Positions 13,420 to 26,074 are shown, counted from the first letter of the whole stretch. The stretch is 62,974 nucleotides of DNA, filler included, from Octopus bimaculoides (GCF_001194135.2; 6 parts of 5 records of this genome joined end to end with filler, not necessarily neighbours in it); one strand, 5' to 3'. A program made the numbers and translations. The notes: generated by a model from the letters alone, not told the origin.

Positions 13420-14240
13420 AATTTGGAAAAGCGTACAATCAAATATTTAATGTTTAAAATTATACGGAAATGCATGCATTGAAATATATATGGAAGCTCA
13501 ACATAGATACAAATATTCAATGTTAACAAATGCTTTTATAGAATGCACTAACAATATTTACAAAGTGTAGCATCGCTTATTTCAGGAACGTTGCCCTAAT
13601 GTGATTCTTTACAGGTAACTTGTCAATGTCACGACAGAGTTAGCTGTTTACCATTCCAATGTCTTCAAGAACAAATGTCACGAAAGACGCATACCTTAAC
13701 TGACAGAGTATCTTTAATATCACAGTTAGTAACATTTACAACTCCTGGTGTATTTCTAGCTCCAGGAACATTCTTAGATATTTCTTTATACGTAGTTAAT
13801 TAATGCCTTCGCAGAAACGGTCAGATGTCATTCCATGTAAACTAATTATGACATAATAGACACATTCTGCAAATGTCATATTGTCTCGAATTTGAAGCTA
13901 ACAATATTTATGAATTATAATATCGTTGCTATTTTCTGGAACATTCTGATAGTTATATGTATATGTACTCATCTAATATCTTTACAGAAACGGTTAGGTA
14001 CCATTCCTTTGACACCAATTCTAAATGTTATAATTCCCTAAATGTCTCGAATTTGAAGCTAACAATATTTATGAATTATAATATCGTTGCTGTTTTCTGA
14101 AACATTCTTACATTTATATCTATATGTACTCAACTAATATCTTTATAGAAACGGTTAGGTACCATTCCATTGATACCAATTATTAATGGTATAATTTTTT
14201 AAATGTCTAGCTTTCGGAGTTAAACAATATTTATAGATTG
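13420..14240 (+). pseudogene. Decayed intronless multi-LRR coding stretch containing a 161-bp tandem repeat
   Basis: Fragments YNQI, NNIYKV*HRLFQE, HSNVFKN, APGTFLDI, YLYRNG*VPFL*HQF*ML*FPKCL and EFEANNI. Repeat units start at 13882, 14043 and 14204; each is a 72-nt LRR frame plus an 89-nt LRR with insertion. Confidence 0.55.
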
Positions 14241-14605
14241 TAATAATAAGGTCGACTTTGCTTTTTCGTGCTTTTGGGGTCGCTAATATAAGTACAGTTG
14301 AAAGCCGGGGTTGATGTAATCGACTAAGCCGTCTTCCCCAATATACTTTGTGCTTTGTGCCTATATTAGAAAAGATTATCAATATTCTGCCGAGGTCGGC
14401 TTTTCCTGTCATCCTTCTGGGTCGATAAAATAAGTACTTCTTTCAGTTTTCGTCTAACAAATCCACTCACATAACTACTGTTGTTGATCGGCCCGAGGCT
14501 TTAGTAGAAGACTCTTGGCCAAGGTTCCGCGTAGTGGGACTGAACCCGGAACCATGTGGTCGGAAAGCAAGCTTCTTACCGCACAGCCACCACGCCTGCG
14601 CCGAC
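14240..14605. mobile_element. Cluster of SINE B fragments (both strands) plus the 5' half of SINE A (minus)
   Basis: GTCGACTTTGCTTTT cores at ~14250 and ~14395; SINE A head reverse-complemented at 14440-14602. Confidence 0.7.
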
Positions 14606-14712
14606 GTTCATATTTTACCGCTGTTGTCTTAGGTTTTATATGTGAACTGTTCGTAATCCAATACAATATCTCTAGAGAATGTTTACTCCTTCAGATATAA
14701 TTAATGTACTTA

Positions 14713-14916
14713 TCATCGTGTTCGTGCATGTTGTTTCTTTCTCTTCACAAATACCCGGGGTGAGGGTAGTTGGAACGGTTGTAAAGTTAGTGGCCAACAA
14801 ACAATGATAACTACCTTCAGTTTAGCGAGTTCTCTGACATTCGGTAATTCGCAGCCACCCTCTTGTATTGGAATGTACAGTTGTTGCAAGTCAGATTTCC
14901 ACAAGATTCCTACCAT
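14713..14916 (-). mobile_element. Possible old non-LTR retrotransposon ORF fragment
   Basis: LYIPIQEGGCELPNV resembles the post-RT LYLPxxxGGLGLPN motif of L1/Tx1/R2-like ORFs; a single motif only. Confidence 0.3.
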
Positions 14917-15878
14917 TGCAGCCTCTAGTGCCTACATTTGCTATCTATTTACTTATTTATTTATCTATTTATTTATTTATGTATGTTATGCATTAGTGAA
15001 CTTTAACGCCGTTAGATATAGGTCACCACTGCCAACAAGTAATTTATTGGTACGCTGAAGTTCAAGACCGGGCTTATGTTTTAGTCCAGTATTTTAAAAC
15101 TACAAATTATGATGTTGTTGCTGTCTTCCATAAAAACAACCCTAGGTTGTGCGTTCGACGGTGAGGCGACTTTCCGCCTAGGCTTGGACCCCAGAGGGGA
15201 ACCTCTTAGGTGCACCAATGGTCATTCGTGACATACGGAGTCGTAGCGTAGATATATATNNNNNNNNNNNNNNNNNNNNNNNNNNNNNNNNNNNNNNNNN
15301 NNNNNNNNNNNNNNNNNNNNNNNNNNNNNNNNNNNNNNNNNNNNNNNNNNNNNNNNNNNNNNNNNNNNNNNNNNNNNNNNNNNNNNNNNNNNNNNNNNNN
15401 NNNNNNNNNNNNNNNNNNNNNNNNNNNNNNNNNNNNNNNNNNNNNNNNNNNNNNNNNNNNNNNNNNNNNNNNNNNNNNNNNNNNNNNNNNNNNNNNNNNN
15501 NNNNNNNNNNNNNNNNNNNNNNNNNNNNNNNNNNNNNNNNNNNNNNNNNNNNNNNNNNNNNNNNNNNNNNNNNNNNNNNNNNNNNNNNNNNNNNNNNNNN
15601 NNNNNNNNNNNNNNNNNNNNNNNNNNNNNNNNNNNNNNNNNNNNNNNNNNNNNNNNNNNNNNNNNNNNNNNNNNNNNNNNNNNNNNNNNNNNNNNNNNNN
15701 NNNNNNNNNNNNNNNNNNNNNNNNNNNNNNNNNNNNNNNNNNNNNNNNNNNNNNNNNNNNNNNNNNNNNNNNNNNNNNNNNNNNNNNNNNNNNNNNNNNN
15801 NNNNNNNNNNNNNNNNNNNNNNNNNNNNNNNNNNNNNNNNNNNNNNNNNNNNNNNNNNNNNNNNNNNNNNNNNNNNNN

Positions 15879-15911
<33 letters not shown>

Positions 15912-15944
15912 TAGATAGACAGAGAGAGAGAGAGATAGACAGAG

Positions 15945-15987
<43 letters not shown>

Positions 15988-15988
15988 C

Positions 15989-16060
<72 letters not shown>

Positions 16061-16117
16061 GGCTAGACCTTGATGTGTATTGCTTTCTATGACGCAGACA
16101 ATAACAGGTTATTGACA

Positions 16118-16155
16118 CTGAAGACGGCTATATGCGTGACCGAAAGATTAGTCTA
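16118..16155 (+). ncRNA. Degenerate hammerhead-like motif
   Basis: CTGAAGA-C-GGCTA-TATGCG-TGACC-GAAA-GATTAGTCT-A; the helix III region is one base from the palindrome AGACTAGTCT; helix I not found. Confidence 0.4.
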
Positions 16156-16371
16156 CTTAAAGGCTTCTCTTCAAATGGAAAACCTAATAGATCGTATCCA
16201 CTGCAACTAATGACGGACATTGTTACCAACCAGAAACGGTTGAATATATAAACATGCTGGTGGAGTTTCTACATGTATTTAAAACAAACGTAACAACATG
16301 GTGTACCCTCTGTGTGTATGTGAGCTTGTGTGTGAGTGTGTGTGTACATGCATATGAATATATACATATGT

Positions 16372-16430
<59 letters not shown>

Positions 16431-16851
16431 NNNNNNNNNNNNNNNNNNNNNNNNNNNNNNNNNNNNNNNNNNNNTTAATTAATTAANNNNNNNNNNNNNN
16501 NNNNNNNNNNNNNNNNNNNNNNNNNNNNNNACACACTGCAAGAAAAACACACTCACACAACATACACGCACACACACATATTCAAAAACTGCCTGCTCAC
16601 TTTCTACTGACCATCGTCCACAACCACTCCCAAATTATTCTTGCTACTAATTCCTTCCACAACGTTAAGCGACACACACACACACACACACACACTAACA
16701 GCCAAACCACACACACACACATACGCACATACACGTTCTGTTATTACACACACACACACGAATCCGCGCGCACGCACACATACTTACCTCCCTCTCTTGC
16801 ACTCTCCTGTCTTAGAAAGAACTTTTTCTCCACCCTTTCCCNNNNNNNNNN

Positions 16852-16887
<36 letters not shown>

Positions 16888-18179
16888 GTACTTCCTCACT
16901 TGCAGTTTGGATCTGAGAGTTATGGTTTAAAACTCAGCTGGAGCCTTGTTACACATACTTACAAAATCAAAAAAACAGCACAGCATGACTTTTAGAAACT
17001 CATTTTCTTCATGCTCAGAATTGTCGAAACATGGATGAAACTATCCACATTCACTGTCAGGACACTGCATCCTTCAAAAACTCCATGCTTTCCCAAATTT
17101 GCCAACATTACACCAGATGTTCCTACGCACCCTTTCCTTTTTATAAATCTACTGTTCGCTTTTCTGTTTTATGTTTCGCCATGTGTACTGTGCATGAACT
17201 GTTGGCTACCATCGCTGTCATTCTCAACTTATTGTTGCTTTCTGTCACCTCCCTTTTGTCCTTTTGTATTGCACTGAGCCCTGTATAATATGACATCGAA
17301 TAACAGATTACTGTCACGCTCCTCCTTTTTAACATTGCATTTAGAAAACAAATACAGGATACTGCAGAAGAAACTCCCATATTTTACATGGCCATTAGTG
17401 TGGCACTAGTACAGGTATTCAGATAGTGTGTTTCCATTGTTTTACTGTTCTTCTTAGTTACCATCATGATTTGGACTGGTGCATACCGTGTATTTGTAGC
17501 TGAAACATTTTTCAACTTGTAAATTGCGAACGGTTTTTTTGCCGCACAATGTATATATAGAAAGCCATTCTTATTTTAAAATTGCCATCTATGTATCATA
17601 TGAAATGTATATACATCCTTGAAGGGCATGATACTGCGGTTTTGCCTGAGAGTAAATCTCTTCATAGACACGCTGTGTTAAAAATGAAATATATGAGAGC
17701 GAGGCAAATATTGTTGTTGCAGTAATTCATAAGAATAGCAGGCACGTTTTGCCCTATTTGGAATTTGCCAGTGCCGTGCACTCATTTGTCACTTGCTTAG
17801 ACTAAATTTGTGCTTCAATATATAGGAAACGTTGAATAATACATTCACTGGTATTGTAGAAAGGTGGCTGGGCTGTAAAAAACTTGGTGAACATAATTGA
17901 AAGAACATTGAATTAGAACAACATTTACAAGCCCTGAGTAAGGAGAAACACGCCTGTCATTCTCATGAATCACTGCTGCCATGATGTTCGCTTTGCTCTG
18001 ATATATATTATGTTTTTAACATAACATGTATGAAGACATTTTCTCTCAGAGAAAAACCACAGCATCATACCTTTCAATGGTGTATATATATTTGGTATGA
18101 TTGACAGATGGCGAAATCAAATTTAAAGTTGTTTCAACTGCGTTCATTGAATTGCTTACCTCAATCTGCATTGTGTTGG

Positions 18180-18380
18180 GTGATTTCTGATTTAGGATGA
18201 AGGCCAGCAATTTAGATGGAGGGCATTAGCCGATTACATCAACACTTATACTAGACTGCTATCTTATTTTATCGATGCCAGAAGGATGGAGGACAAAGTT
18301 AACCTCGACGGTATTAGAATTCAAAGTGCATAAAATGACAAAACAAATGCTCTGACGATTCTGCCAGCTCATCTCCTTTA
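18180..18380 (-). mobile_element. SINE family B
   Basis: Reverse complement of head (ACGATTCTGCCAGCTC) and core (ATGGAGGACAAAGTTAACCTCG). Confidence 0.7.
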
Positions 18381-18739
18381 AATTGTGTATAATAAAATAA
18401 GATTTTCCAAGCTGTTGAAACATTATTAGTTGAGACAGTTGTACGAGGAAGAACACTGAAGTCTGTTGGGATTTTTGATAAACAAAATTTTATTCTTTAC
18501 GTACAAAAAAAGAAAACTAAAATAAAAAAGAGTTGTCTTTACTATGAATGACAAAACTTCAAGAGAGTTTTTGTTCTTGATGTAGTTGTAGCAGCAGATA
18601 AAGTGTTGTTAGTTGCTTGCTAGCCACTGACTTCTAATGCCTTTGTGTTGTCATCTGACTGTTCGCTGTTTCTGTTGGCCAACTTCTACAGTGTCTGTCA
18701 ATACTCTCTTTGCTGCATCCCAAAGCACTCTAATAGTCA

Positions 18740-18980
18740 CGATGTACTCAATTTATAATGGCTGATAGGCTCCGAAGGAAATGCACCAAAAGAAAAATAT
18801 AATTATAGCTGGAGCCTATTCAACATGAAGTAGTGATTGATCAGATTCTGTTGATCACATGGATAATATTCTAGCAAATCATGACATCGGGCGATTGCTG
18901 AATATTCCTGCTACAGATTTATTAAAGCCTTAAATCTTCAGTGAGTTGGTTGAACATCCCTTTCTGACTTCCTTTAGAAA
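18740..18980 (+). mobile_element. Possible very old LINE AP-endonuclease fragment
   Basis: IIAGAYST*SSD*SDSVDH and FSELVEHP resemble the IIxGDFNxHxxxW and LxQxVxxPT motifs; frameshifted. Confidence 0.3.
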
Positions 18981-19266
18981 GAAGGGATACATGTGATTGT
19001 AGATAGGTGAAATGAACAATAGAGATGCTTTGCCCAATGCAAAAAACTGCAGAAGCTACTGAAAGATGTTACAAGTTCTTCCCTGGCTTCTGACTCAAGA
19101 CATCATAATGTTGGAAACCCACTCGTATCATCAGCAAGTATTTCAGGTTTTAGATACAGGTACATACATGGCTTTGCAACACCTTAGACTTCTGCTATAA
19201 CACTGGGCCAACCAATGTCATGTGAAGGAATAAGCTGATAAACAAAAATTTTATAGAAGCCCATTG

Positions 19267-19328
<62 letters not shown>

Positions 19329-19354
19329 TATGTGTACATATATATGTATATACA

Positions 19355-20051
19355 TAGGGTGACCATAAAGTCACACACCATCCTGCAATATGTGAAATTG
19401 CTAACATTCTCTTTTTTTATCCTTTTTAACAACTACCGATGTTACTCACAAACCAATCCTCAACGGATGGAGGCAGATAATCAACACGGTGGGGGCAAGG
19501 TAATGGTGTGGTGTGGAATTTGACACAATCAAGTAATTGGACTATTTTATTTTGAGAGCTCTGTGGCAGGTGATTTGTATCTTGACATGCTTGGCAACAA
19601 GATGATGCCTCACGTACATTCACTTGAAAGGGAAATCCTGCCTGGTTTCAGCAGGATGGGGCTCTACCCCTTTATGCGTTACGGGTTCATGATTTTCTGA
19701 ATGGCCATTTTCCAGGGAGATGGCTCAGGTATCGTGGGACAATTGAATGGAGACCACAGTCACTTGACGTAACTCCCATGGACTTTTTCATCTGAGATTA
19801 CATTAAATCCCTAGAGTATTCTGAAAAGATTCATGATCAAGGACTCTTCTTCAAAGAATTGTTGAAGCGTGTGAACAAGTCAACGGCAATGAAGAGCTAT
19901 TTGAGAGGGTTCATCACAATTTCAAATTCCATATGAACACCTGTTTAGAGCTACGTGGCCAACACTTTGAACATTTGTAATGGATTACCTACTTCACTGC
20001 TAATAAAGCATACTTGATATCTCCATGGTGCGTGACTTTGTGGCCAACCTG
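19355..20051 (+). mobile_element. Internally deleted Tc1/mariner (DDD-type) transposon relic
   Basis: TIRs TAGGGTGACCATAAAGTCACACACCA and TGGTGCGTGACTTTGTGGCCAACCTG+TA. Transposase remnants VMVWCGI, WFQQDGALP, FPGRW, SLDVTPMDFF, GQHFEHL* with stops and frameshifts. Confidence 0.9.
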
Positions 20052-20069
20052 TATATACATATATATATA

Positions 20070-20400
20070 ATCAGGATCCCATAACTGATGCAGCCAGTTG
20101 TTGGGGTGCCACTCTTTGACAATTACATAGTGAGCCATCACCATTGGTCTCTGTTCTCTGTTTTGCATATCAGGTTCATTGTGCTGTGACCTGTCCAGTC
20201 CTTGATGTTGTCAAACCAGGATTTTCTCTGTTTGCCTTTCTTTCATCCTCCTTCGACTGTGTCCTGAAGAATGGTTTTGTACAGGGAGTTGTGGCAGGAT
20301 AAATGACCATACCAGGTAAGCTTTCATCTTTTTACCTGGATGAGTGGTTCCTAACTGCCAGCATATTTGTTGACTTGCTGCCTGACAAAGCTTTTTGGTA
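20070..20400 (-). mobile_element. RTE-clade LINE 3' fragment (second family)
   Basis: KLTWYGHLSCHNSLYKTILQDTVE...KQRKSWFDNIKDWTG on the minus strand. Confidence 0.8.
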
Positions 20401-20539
20401 TACATATGCATACAGAAATTCTTTTGTATACATATATACAAAAGAATCTCAAAGCAGATGAAGCAATAAATAAAAATAATAGCATGTAAATATTGGGTTT
20501 AAAAAGCCTTTGGATAGATAAAAGCTGAAGGCTGCCTCA

Positions 20540-20770
20540 TTGTGTATGTATGTATGTATGTATGTGTGGTGTCTTTGTGTTTGACACCGCTTAACAACTG
20601 GTGTTGGTTTGTTTACATACCTGTACATTAATGGTTCAGCAAAAGAGTCCAATAGAATAAGTACCAGGCTTTAAAATAAGTAGTAGTTGGTATGTTTGAC
20701 AAAACCATCAAAAGTGGTGCTCCAGCATGGCCGCAGTGCATTGACTGAAACAAATGAAAGATAGAATATG
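20540..20770 (+). mobile_element. SINE family A, 3' half
   Basis: GCTTAACAACTGGTGTTGGTTTGTTTAC...GAATAAGTACCAGGC...GTGCTCCAGCATGGCCGCAGT...GACTGAAACAA. Confidence 0.8.
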
Positions 20771-20824
20771 ATATACATTGATAAATAAATAAATGCAAAA
20801 AAAAGGCATCAGAAGGGGCGATGC

Positions 20825-21013
20825 ATCCCCTGTGCACAGTAAAATTTTTCGGCAAATTAGTGTGGTTTACAATGCATTGCTTAGCCATGATTCTTAATTG
20901 AACAGAATTTTTTATTTTTTAAATATCACCATTATAGGTATTTATACTCTGACGAAATGAAGAAATTAACTCGCAAATAAAGGAAACCTTCAAACCATCA
21001 CTGCACACACACA

Positions 21014-21076
<63 letters not shown>

Positions 21077-21287
21077 ACACAGTTGCATATCTATGTATGT
21101 ATTTATGTATGTTTGAAGATAATCAAAACAAATTGTCATCATTTCAAGCCACTCACCCAATAAGTATTTCTGCCAAAGTTGGTGGAAATCTGTTCAGCCA
21201 TTTTCCAGTAATTTTGCAAACACACAGACAAAGAGGCAAAGACGAGTGATTACAATACTCTGTTTTCACTTACGTGCACAGGGAATT
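20825..21287 (+). mobile_element. HINE/DINE-1-like non-autonomous element (Helentron-associated type)
   Basis: Inverted ends ATCCCCTGTGCACAGTAA and TTACGTGCACAGGGAAT, central (GCAC)n/(CA)n, and an AAGTTGGTGGAAATCTGTTCAGCC...GAGTGATTACAATAC block recalled from such elements. Confidence 0.5.
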
Positions 21288-21341
21288 GAATAAATAAAAA
21301 GCTGAATGGTCAAATGTAGAACACCTTTGCTCAATCAGTGA

Positions 21342-22020
21342 TTATTATTATTATTATTATTATGGCTGTGTTCCAACCTGGGATGCAGCAACAAAGTCCA
21401 TCCGCCACACTTTTAGCTCCATCATCACTACCTTGAGGTCCAGGCCAGTGTCTGCAATCAAGTTGTTGATGTATGTGTGACGATGTTTTCCTCTTCTTGC
21501 ATCTTCTTGGGTTCTACAAGACTAATTTGGATGCTTCCAATTCAGGGTGGTGCATGCAGTGACCAGATAGTCACAGCAGTCTATGCCTGATCTTCTTGCT
21601 AACTTTCGGCAAGTCTTCTTTAAGGAATTTGTTTGTCATATGTTGCTGCCATTTCAAATTTAGTTCCATATGTAGCATCCATTTAGCCCATTTGATAATT
21701 TCTTTGACAGTGTCCATGTTTCACTGCCATATAACAGCACTGATTCAACAGTTGCAATGAATTGCTTGAACAATTTGGAGTTCCAGACCTTGTTTAGTTT
21801 GTGACAGGTAGTCCATGCTTGTGCCTTCCAGATCTGGACGTCTGCTCTCAAAGTGCTCACCCTACCATCTGAGTACTTGAAGTCTTCAGCAACATTCAAT
21901 TTGGAACTACTCAAAGCAAAATAGTTCAGCATCACTTGATTGGTTGAAAGACAGGTATTCAGATTTCTTGACATTTGTGTACAGTCTAATTTTAGCAGCT
22001 GATGTTGATACGATCTTTGA
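21342..22020 (-). mobile_element. RTE-X-like LINE 3' fragment with (TAA)n tail
   Basis: KAQAWTTCHKLNKVW...FIATVESVLLYGSETWTLSKKL...GCY on the minus strand; decayed downstream. Confidence 0.85.
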
Positions 22021-22639
22021 GTTAAACAATGACAACAATCTTAGGTTATCGACCAAAAATAAATAGATAAATAAATAAACAAATAAATAAATAAATTCAG
22101 TTCTTAAAATCTAATGAGGTCCATGTTGAAATAATTATTAAATTTAACAATTTTTTTCCTTTTTACTTTTTAATTGTTTTTTTTTTTTTTTTTNNNNNNN
22201 NNNTTTTTTTTTTTTGTTTTGTTTTTTCCAGTTTACGATAATGTCGAGTTTAAAGAAGTTATTCACGTGCAACTGCCATTCAGCTGAGAAAAAGGAAGGG
22301 TTTGTTCGTAAGAATGGCTTACACTCACCCTTCTCGAAAGACCAGATGATAACTTTAATATTAATATTATACATCACCATTGTTCTCTTTTCGACAATGA
22401 TTCCTGCTGCGAATAAAAACATTCAACTAATCGTCACTCCTGTATCCTTTGCTCATATATTTCTTTTTTAAGAAAACATTCAAAAACAATAATAAAAATT
22501 ACACAGATATGATCCAGCTATTGTATAGAGATTATTTATTTGCTTGTCTGCAAATTCATGTGGTTTACTCACAGCATTTTATTTATTTATTTAGTTAGTT
22601 GTTTACTGTATAAACCTCAGAAAGATTTTCGTTAACAAA

Positions 22640-23280
22640 GGAATGAATCCATGAAAGTCATTGCCAGATAGCACTGAGTTGGTTCTGACCAAATGGATTG
22701 GTGATCAAAGACATTGCAACCATGACCATCCAGCCTTTTTGGATAGGCACAGGCCTGTGTAGTAGGAAGCTTACTTCTCAACTTCATAGGTTCAGGTTCA
22801 GTCCCATTACATGGCACCTTAGACAAGTGTCTTCTATTATAGTCCCAGACTAACCAAAGACTTATGAGTGGATTTGGTAGATAGAAACTGGAAGAATCTT
22901 GTTGTATACATACATACATACATACATACATACATACATACATGTATATATGTATGTGTTTGTGTTTGGCCCCCATCACTGCTTGACAACAGGAAAAACC
23001 AGTGTTGGTTTGTTTGCATCTCATAACTTAGTAATTCAGCAAAAGAGACTGATAGAATATTTACCAAGCATAAAAATAAGTACTGGGGCCAATTTGTTCA
23101 CCTAAACGCTTCACGGCAGTGACCCAGTATGGCTGCTGTCCAATAAATGAAAAAAGTAAAAAAATAAAAGAAAGGATCCAGGATTACATGGTCTAGTATG
23201 TCCTTTTTTAAGACAGTAAGGTGTGATAACAGAATTTGTTTGGTATTTCTAAAGGGTCAAGCAACCAAGTAGAGGCTCTT
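22640..23280. mobile_element. Family E repeat split by a full SINE A copy (22746-23172, +)
   Basis: Family E sequence stops at CATCCAGCCTTTTT and resumes at GGATCCAGGATTACATGG...TTTTTAAGACAGTAAGG after the SINE. Confidence 0.7.
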
Positions 23281-23595
23281 AATGTCAAAAATCTGTTATA
23301 ACACCTGTGTTAACTGTAAATCATAGAAAAACTGAATATATTCTCAAAATAACTGTATTGCTTTATTTTGAAATTAGACACTCAAAGATAGTCACCTTTT
23401 ATATTCCAGCAGCTTAATAAATAATAGGTAATGTGAAACCTAATTAACATTTAATGGGAGGAAATTTCATTTTTTTTTTCTTTTCTCTTGCACAGTAGTT
23501 TTAAATTAGAAAAAGAAAAAAACGAGAAAAATTTCATAAAACCTACATGATGGTCAATATGTATATGTATGTATGTAAGTATGTATATATGCATA

Positions 23596-23926
23596 TACTC
23601 TTTTACTTGTTTCAGTCATTTGACTGCGGCCATGCTGGAGCACCGCATTTAGTCGAGAAAATCGACTCCAGGACTTATTCTTTGTAAGCCTAGTACTTAT
23701 TCTATCGGTCTCTTTTTGCCAAACCGCTAAGTTACGGGAACATAAACACACCAGCATCGGTTGTCAAGCGTTGGTGGGGGGACAAACACACACACACACA
23801 CATACATATATACGACAGGCTTCTTTCAGTTTCCGTCTACCAAATCCACTCACAAGGCTTTGGTCGGCCCGAGGCTATAGTAGTAGACACTTGCCCAAGG
23901 TGCCACACAGTGGGACTGAACCCGGA
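23596..23926 (-). mobile_element. SINE family A, near-consensus, 5'-truncated
   Basis: TTCTTTCAGTTTCCGTCTACCAAATCCACTCACAAGGCTTTGGTCGGCCCGAGG and the rest of the family sequence. Confidence 0.85.
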
Positions 23927-23942
23927 TATGTATATATACATA

Positions 23943-25117
23943 CAAGGTGTCCCTCTAAAAAATGCATACACATTTTAACAGTTAATAACTCAATTTTCAT
24001 TTCTTTTTAGATTTAATCCATTAATAATAATGAAGGGAACCAGACTAAGTTTTGAACGAAGGAAACTTACCTTAAAGTGCTACTGGATGTTTACAAATGT
24101 AGTTGAGGTGTGAAGACAGATTAGGAGAGAGTTTCAAACAGATCCATCTATGAAACTTTTCATCACTCAAATTAGAAATAAATTTGAATCAGTCGGAACT
24201 ATTCAGAATGTCCAGAAGAAACATTCTGAAATACTGCAATCATCAAGAGCCCCACAAAACAAGAAAGGACACAAGAAACATATTGCCTGAGTTCATGAAA
24301 TTCTGTGCTGCAGTTGTGTCATTAGATGGGAATTACAAAATCAGACAACTATTGTATTTTGAAATGCTGTCAATGGAAAAGTTACATTTGAAGAATAATC
24401 TATGCTCTCAATGAAGACGATCTAGAACAAAGAGCAGAGTTTAGCAAGGGATACTTGGCAAGATGTACACTTTCCAACAAAGATTGTTTGGAAGGATGAG
24501 GCTTCATGTAAATGAAATGGTCCAATTAACCACCACAAGTGCACCTACTGGGGTCCTGACAATTCGCATATTATGGAGTAACATCATGTTAATTTACCAG
24601 GAGTTACAATATAATGCAGGTTATCGTCAAAAGGATTCACTGGACCATTTTTAAATGCCAGAACTGTGACTGGTCCAATTTACTTGAAATTGTGACAATC
24701 TATCATGCCATGCAAGATAGGGTACAACCACACTACCTTGATGAGATATTGCCAAACAGGTGGATTGGATGAAGTGGTTCAGTAGAATACCGTCCTTGTT
24801 CACTAGATCTCACACCACTGAACTTTTTTTTTTTATCAGATTACTTAAAAGAAAGTTTATGGTATAAAACCAGCAGTAGTTGATGAATTGAGGACAGCTA
24901 TTGAACAAGAATGTGCACAAGGAATGAATGAAATATTTCTTGATAGTTGCGGTTCCAATGCTTCATGTTGTCAGCAGTGATTGGATAATTATGATCATCA
25001 GTTTGAAAACGAGTTCATAAGAAAATTATATTCTGTCAGAAGATTCTATTAAATTTTGAAAATAAAATTTATTTTAATAAGCACTGACTTTATAAACATT
25101 TTGTGGGGAACAACCCA
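23943..25117 (+). mobile_element. Near full-length decayed Tc1/mariner (DDD-type) transposon
   Basis: TA-flanked weak TIRs. MKGTRLSFERRK...IRNKFESVGTIQN (HTH region), IVWKDEAS, NLPGVTI*C, ILPNRWIG, SLDLTPLNFF; many stops. Confidence 0.8.
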
Positions 25118-25127
25118 TATATATATG

Positions 25128-25162
<35 letters not shown>

Positions 25163-25164
25163 GC

Positions 25165-25269
<105 letters not shown>

Positions 25270-25299
25270 CACACACACACAAAAATGATTGCAGTGTGG

Positions 25300-25895
25300 A
25301 ATGTGTTTATAAGCCATTTAAGAAACACACAAAAACTGTTAGATTCACTTCAACATTTAAGTTTAATTTGCCATAATATTTTGGTCAAGCGTTTTTCGCA
25401 CTCCACGTGCGGAATGCGATTGACAAAAATTCAAACTACGGGCTTAAACAGCACCCACCTTACCTCACCTTCACAGAAAGATTATTAACACAACTTCGAC
25501 TAAAATGTATGACACACTTTACCTTAACTCTATTCTTATACCACTATATGCATCATTAACATTACTATACCCCCTATCTTTTATTCCTGCATCTCTCACA
25601 CCATGAACTTTAATAGACTTCTCAACATTCTGAAGAGATCTGCCAATTAAATTGGCAGATCGAAACAATCGTCAATGTATCATTACAAAACCTCCACATA
25701 ATTAATTAAATCAATGGCTAACTAGCGCAATTGACCTGCTTCTTCATGTGTTTGTTTCTCCATTCTCTACATGATTATAATTATAAACTGTGGTTTACAC
25801 AATAAATTACCTGCCTCTGGATACCTTCTAACAAAGACGGTCCCGACACAAGTAATCTCCAGGAGTGCCTTTGGATTTAATTATCCCCTGGTTGC
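25300..25895 (+). mobile_element. Penelope-like terminal (pLTR-type) fragment next to (TA)n
   Basis: Contains the canonical hammerhead at 25625-25678. The element assignment rests on the known association of such hammerheads with Penelope-like elements; limits approximate. Confidence 0.5.
25625..25678 (+). ncRNA. Type I hammerhead ribozyme (predicted)
   Basis: Helix I ACATT/AATGT; core CTGAAGA (25630-36); 11-bp helix II GATCTGCCAAT/ATTGGCAGATC; GAAA (25662-65); helix III AC/GT with AATC loop; GUC cleavage triplet ending at 25673. Confidence 0.85.
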
Positions 25896-25995
25896 NNNNN
25901 NNNNNNNNNNNNNNNNNNNNNNNNNNNNNNNNNNNNNNNNNNNNNNNNNNNNNNNNNNNNNNNNNNNNNNNNNNNNNNNNNNNNNNNNNNNNNNN

Positions 25996-26034
<39 letters not shown>

Positions 26035-26074
26035 GACACCTTGAAAAGTCTATTCTACGATATCCCAGGGCTAA

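Noticed and set aside
13882-14240. Cadherin-like VPEN motif on the minus strand of the 161-bp repeat
   Set aside because: No DxD, LDRE or DxNDN motifs and the period is not a multiple of 3; the + strand LRR reading fits better.
16980-17600. Hydrophobic + strand frames resembling GPCR or Cys-loop TM segments; minus-strand YIHCAA resembling the hAT CxxH motif
   Set aside because: Motif spacing does not fit either receptor class, several stops intervene, and the hAT match is six residues; needs a profile search.
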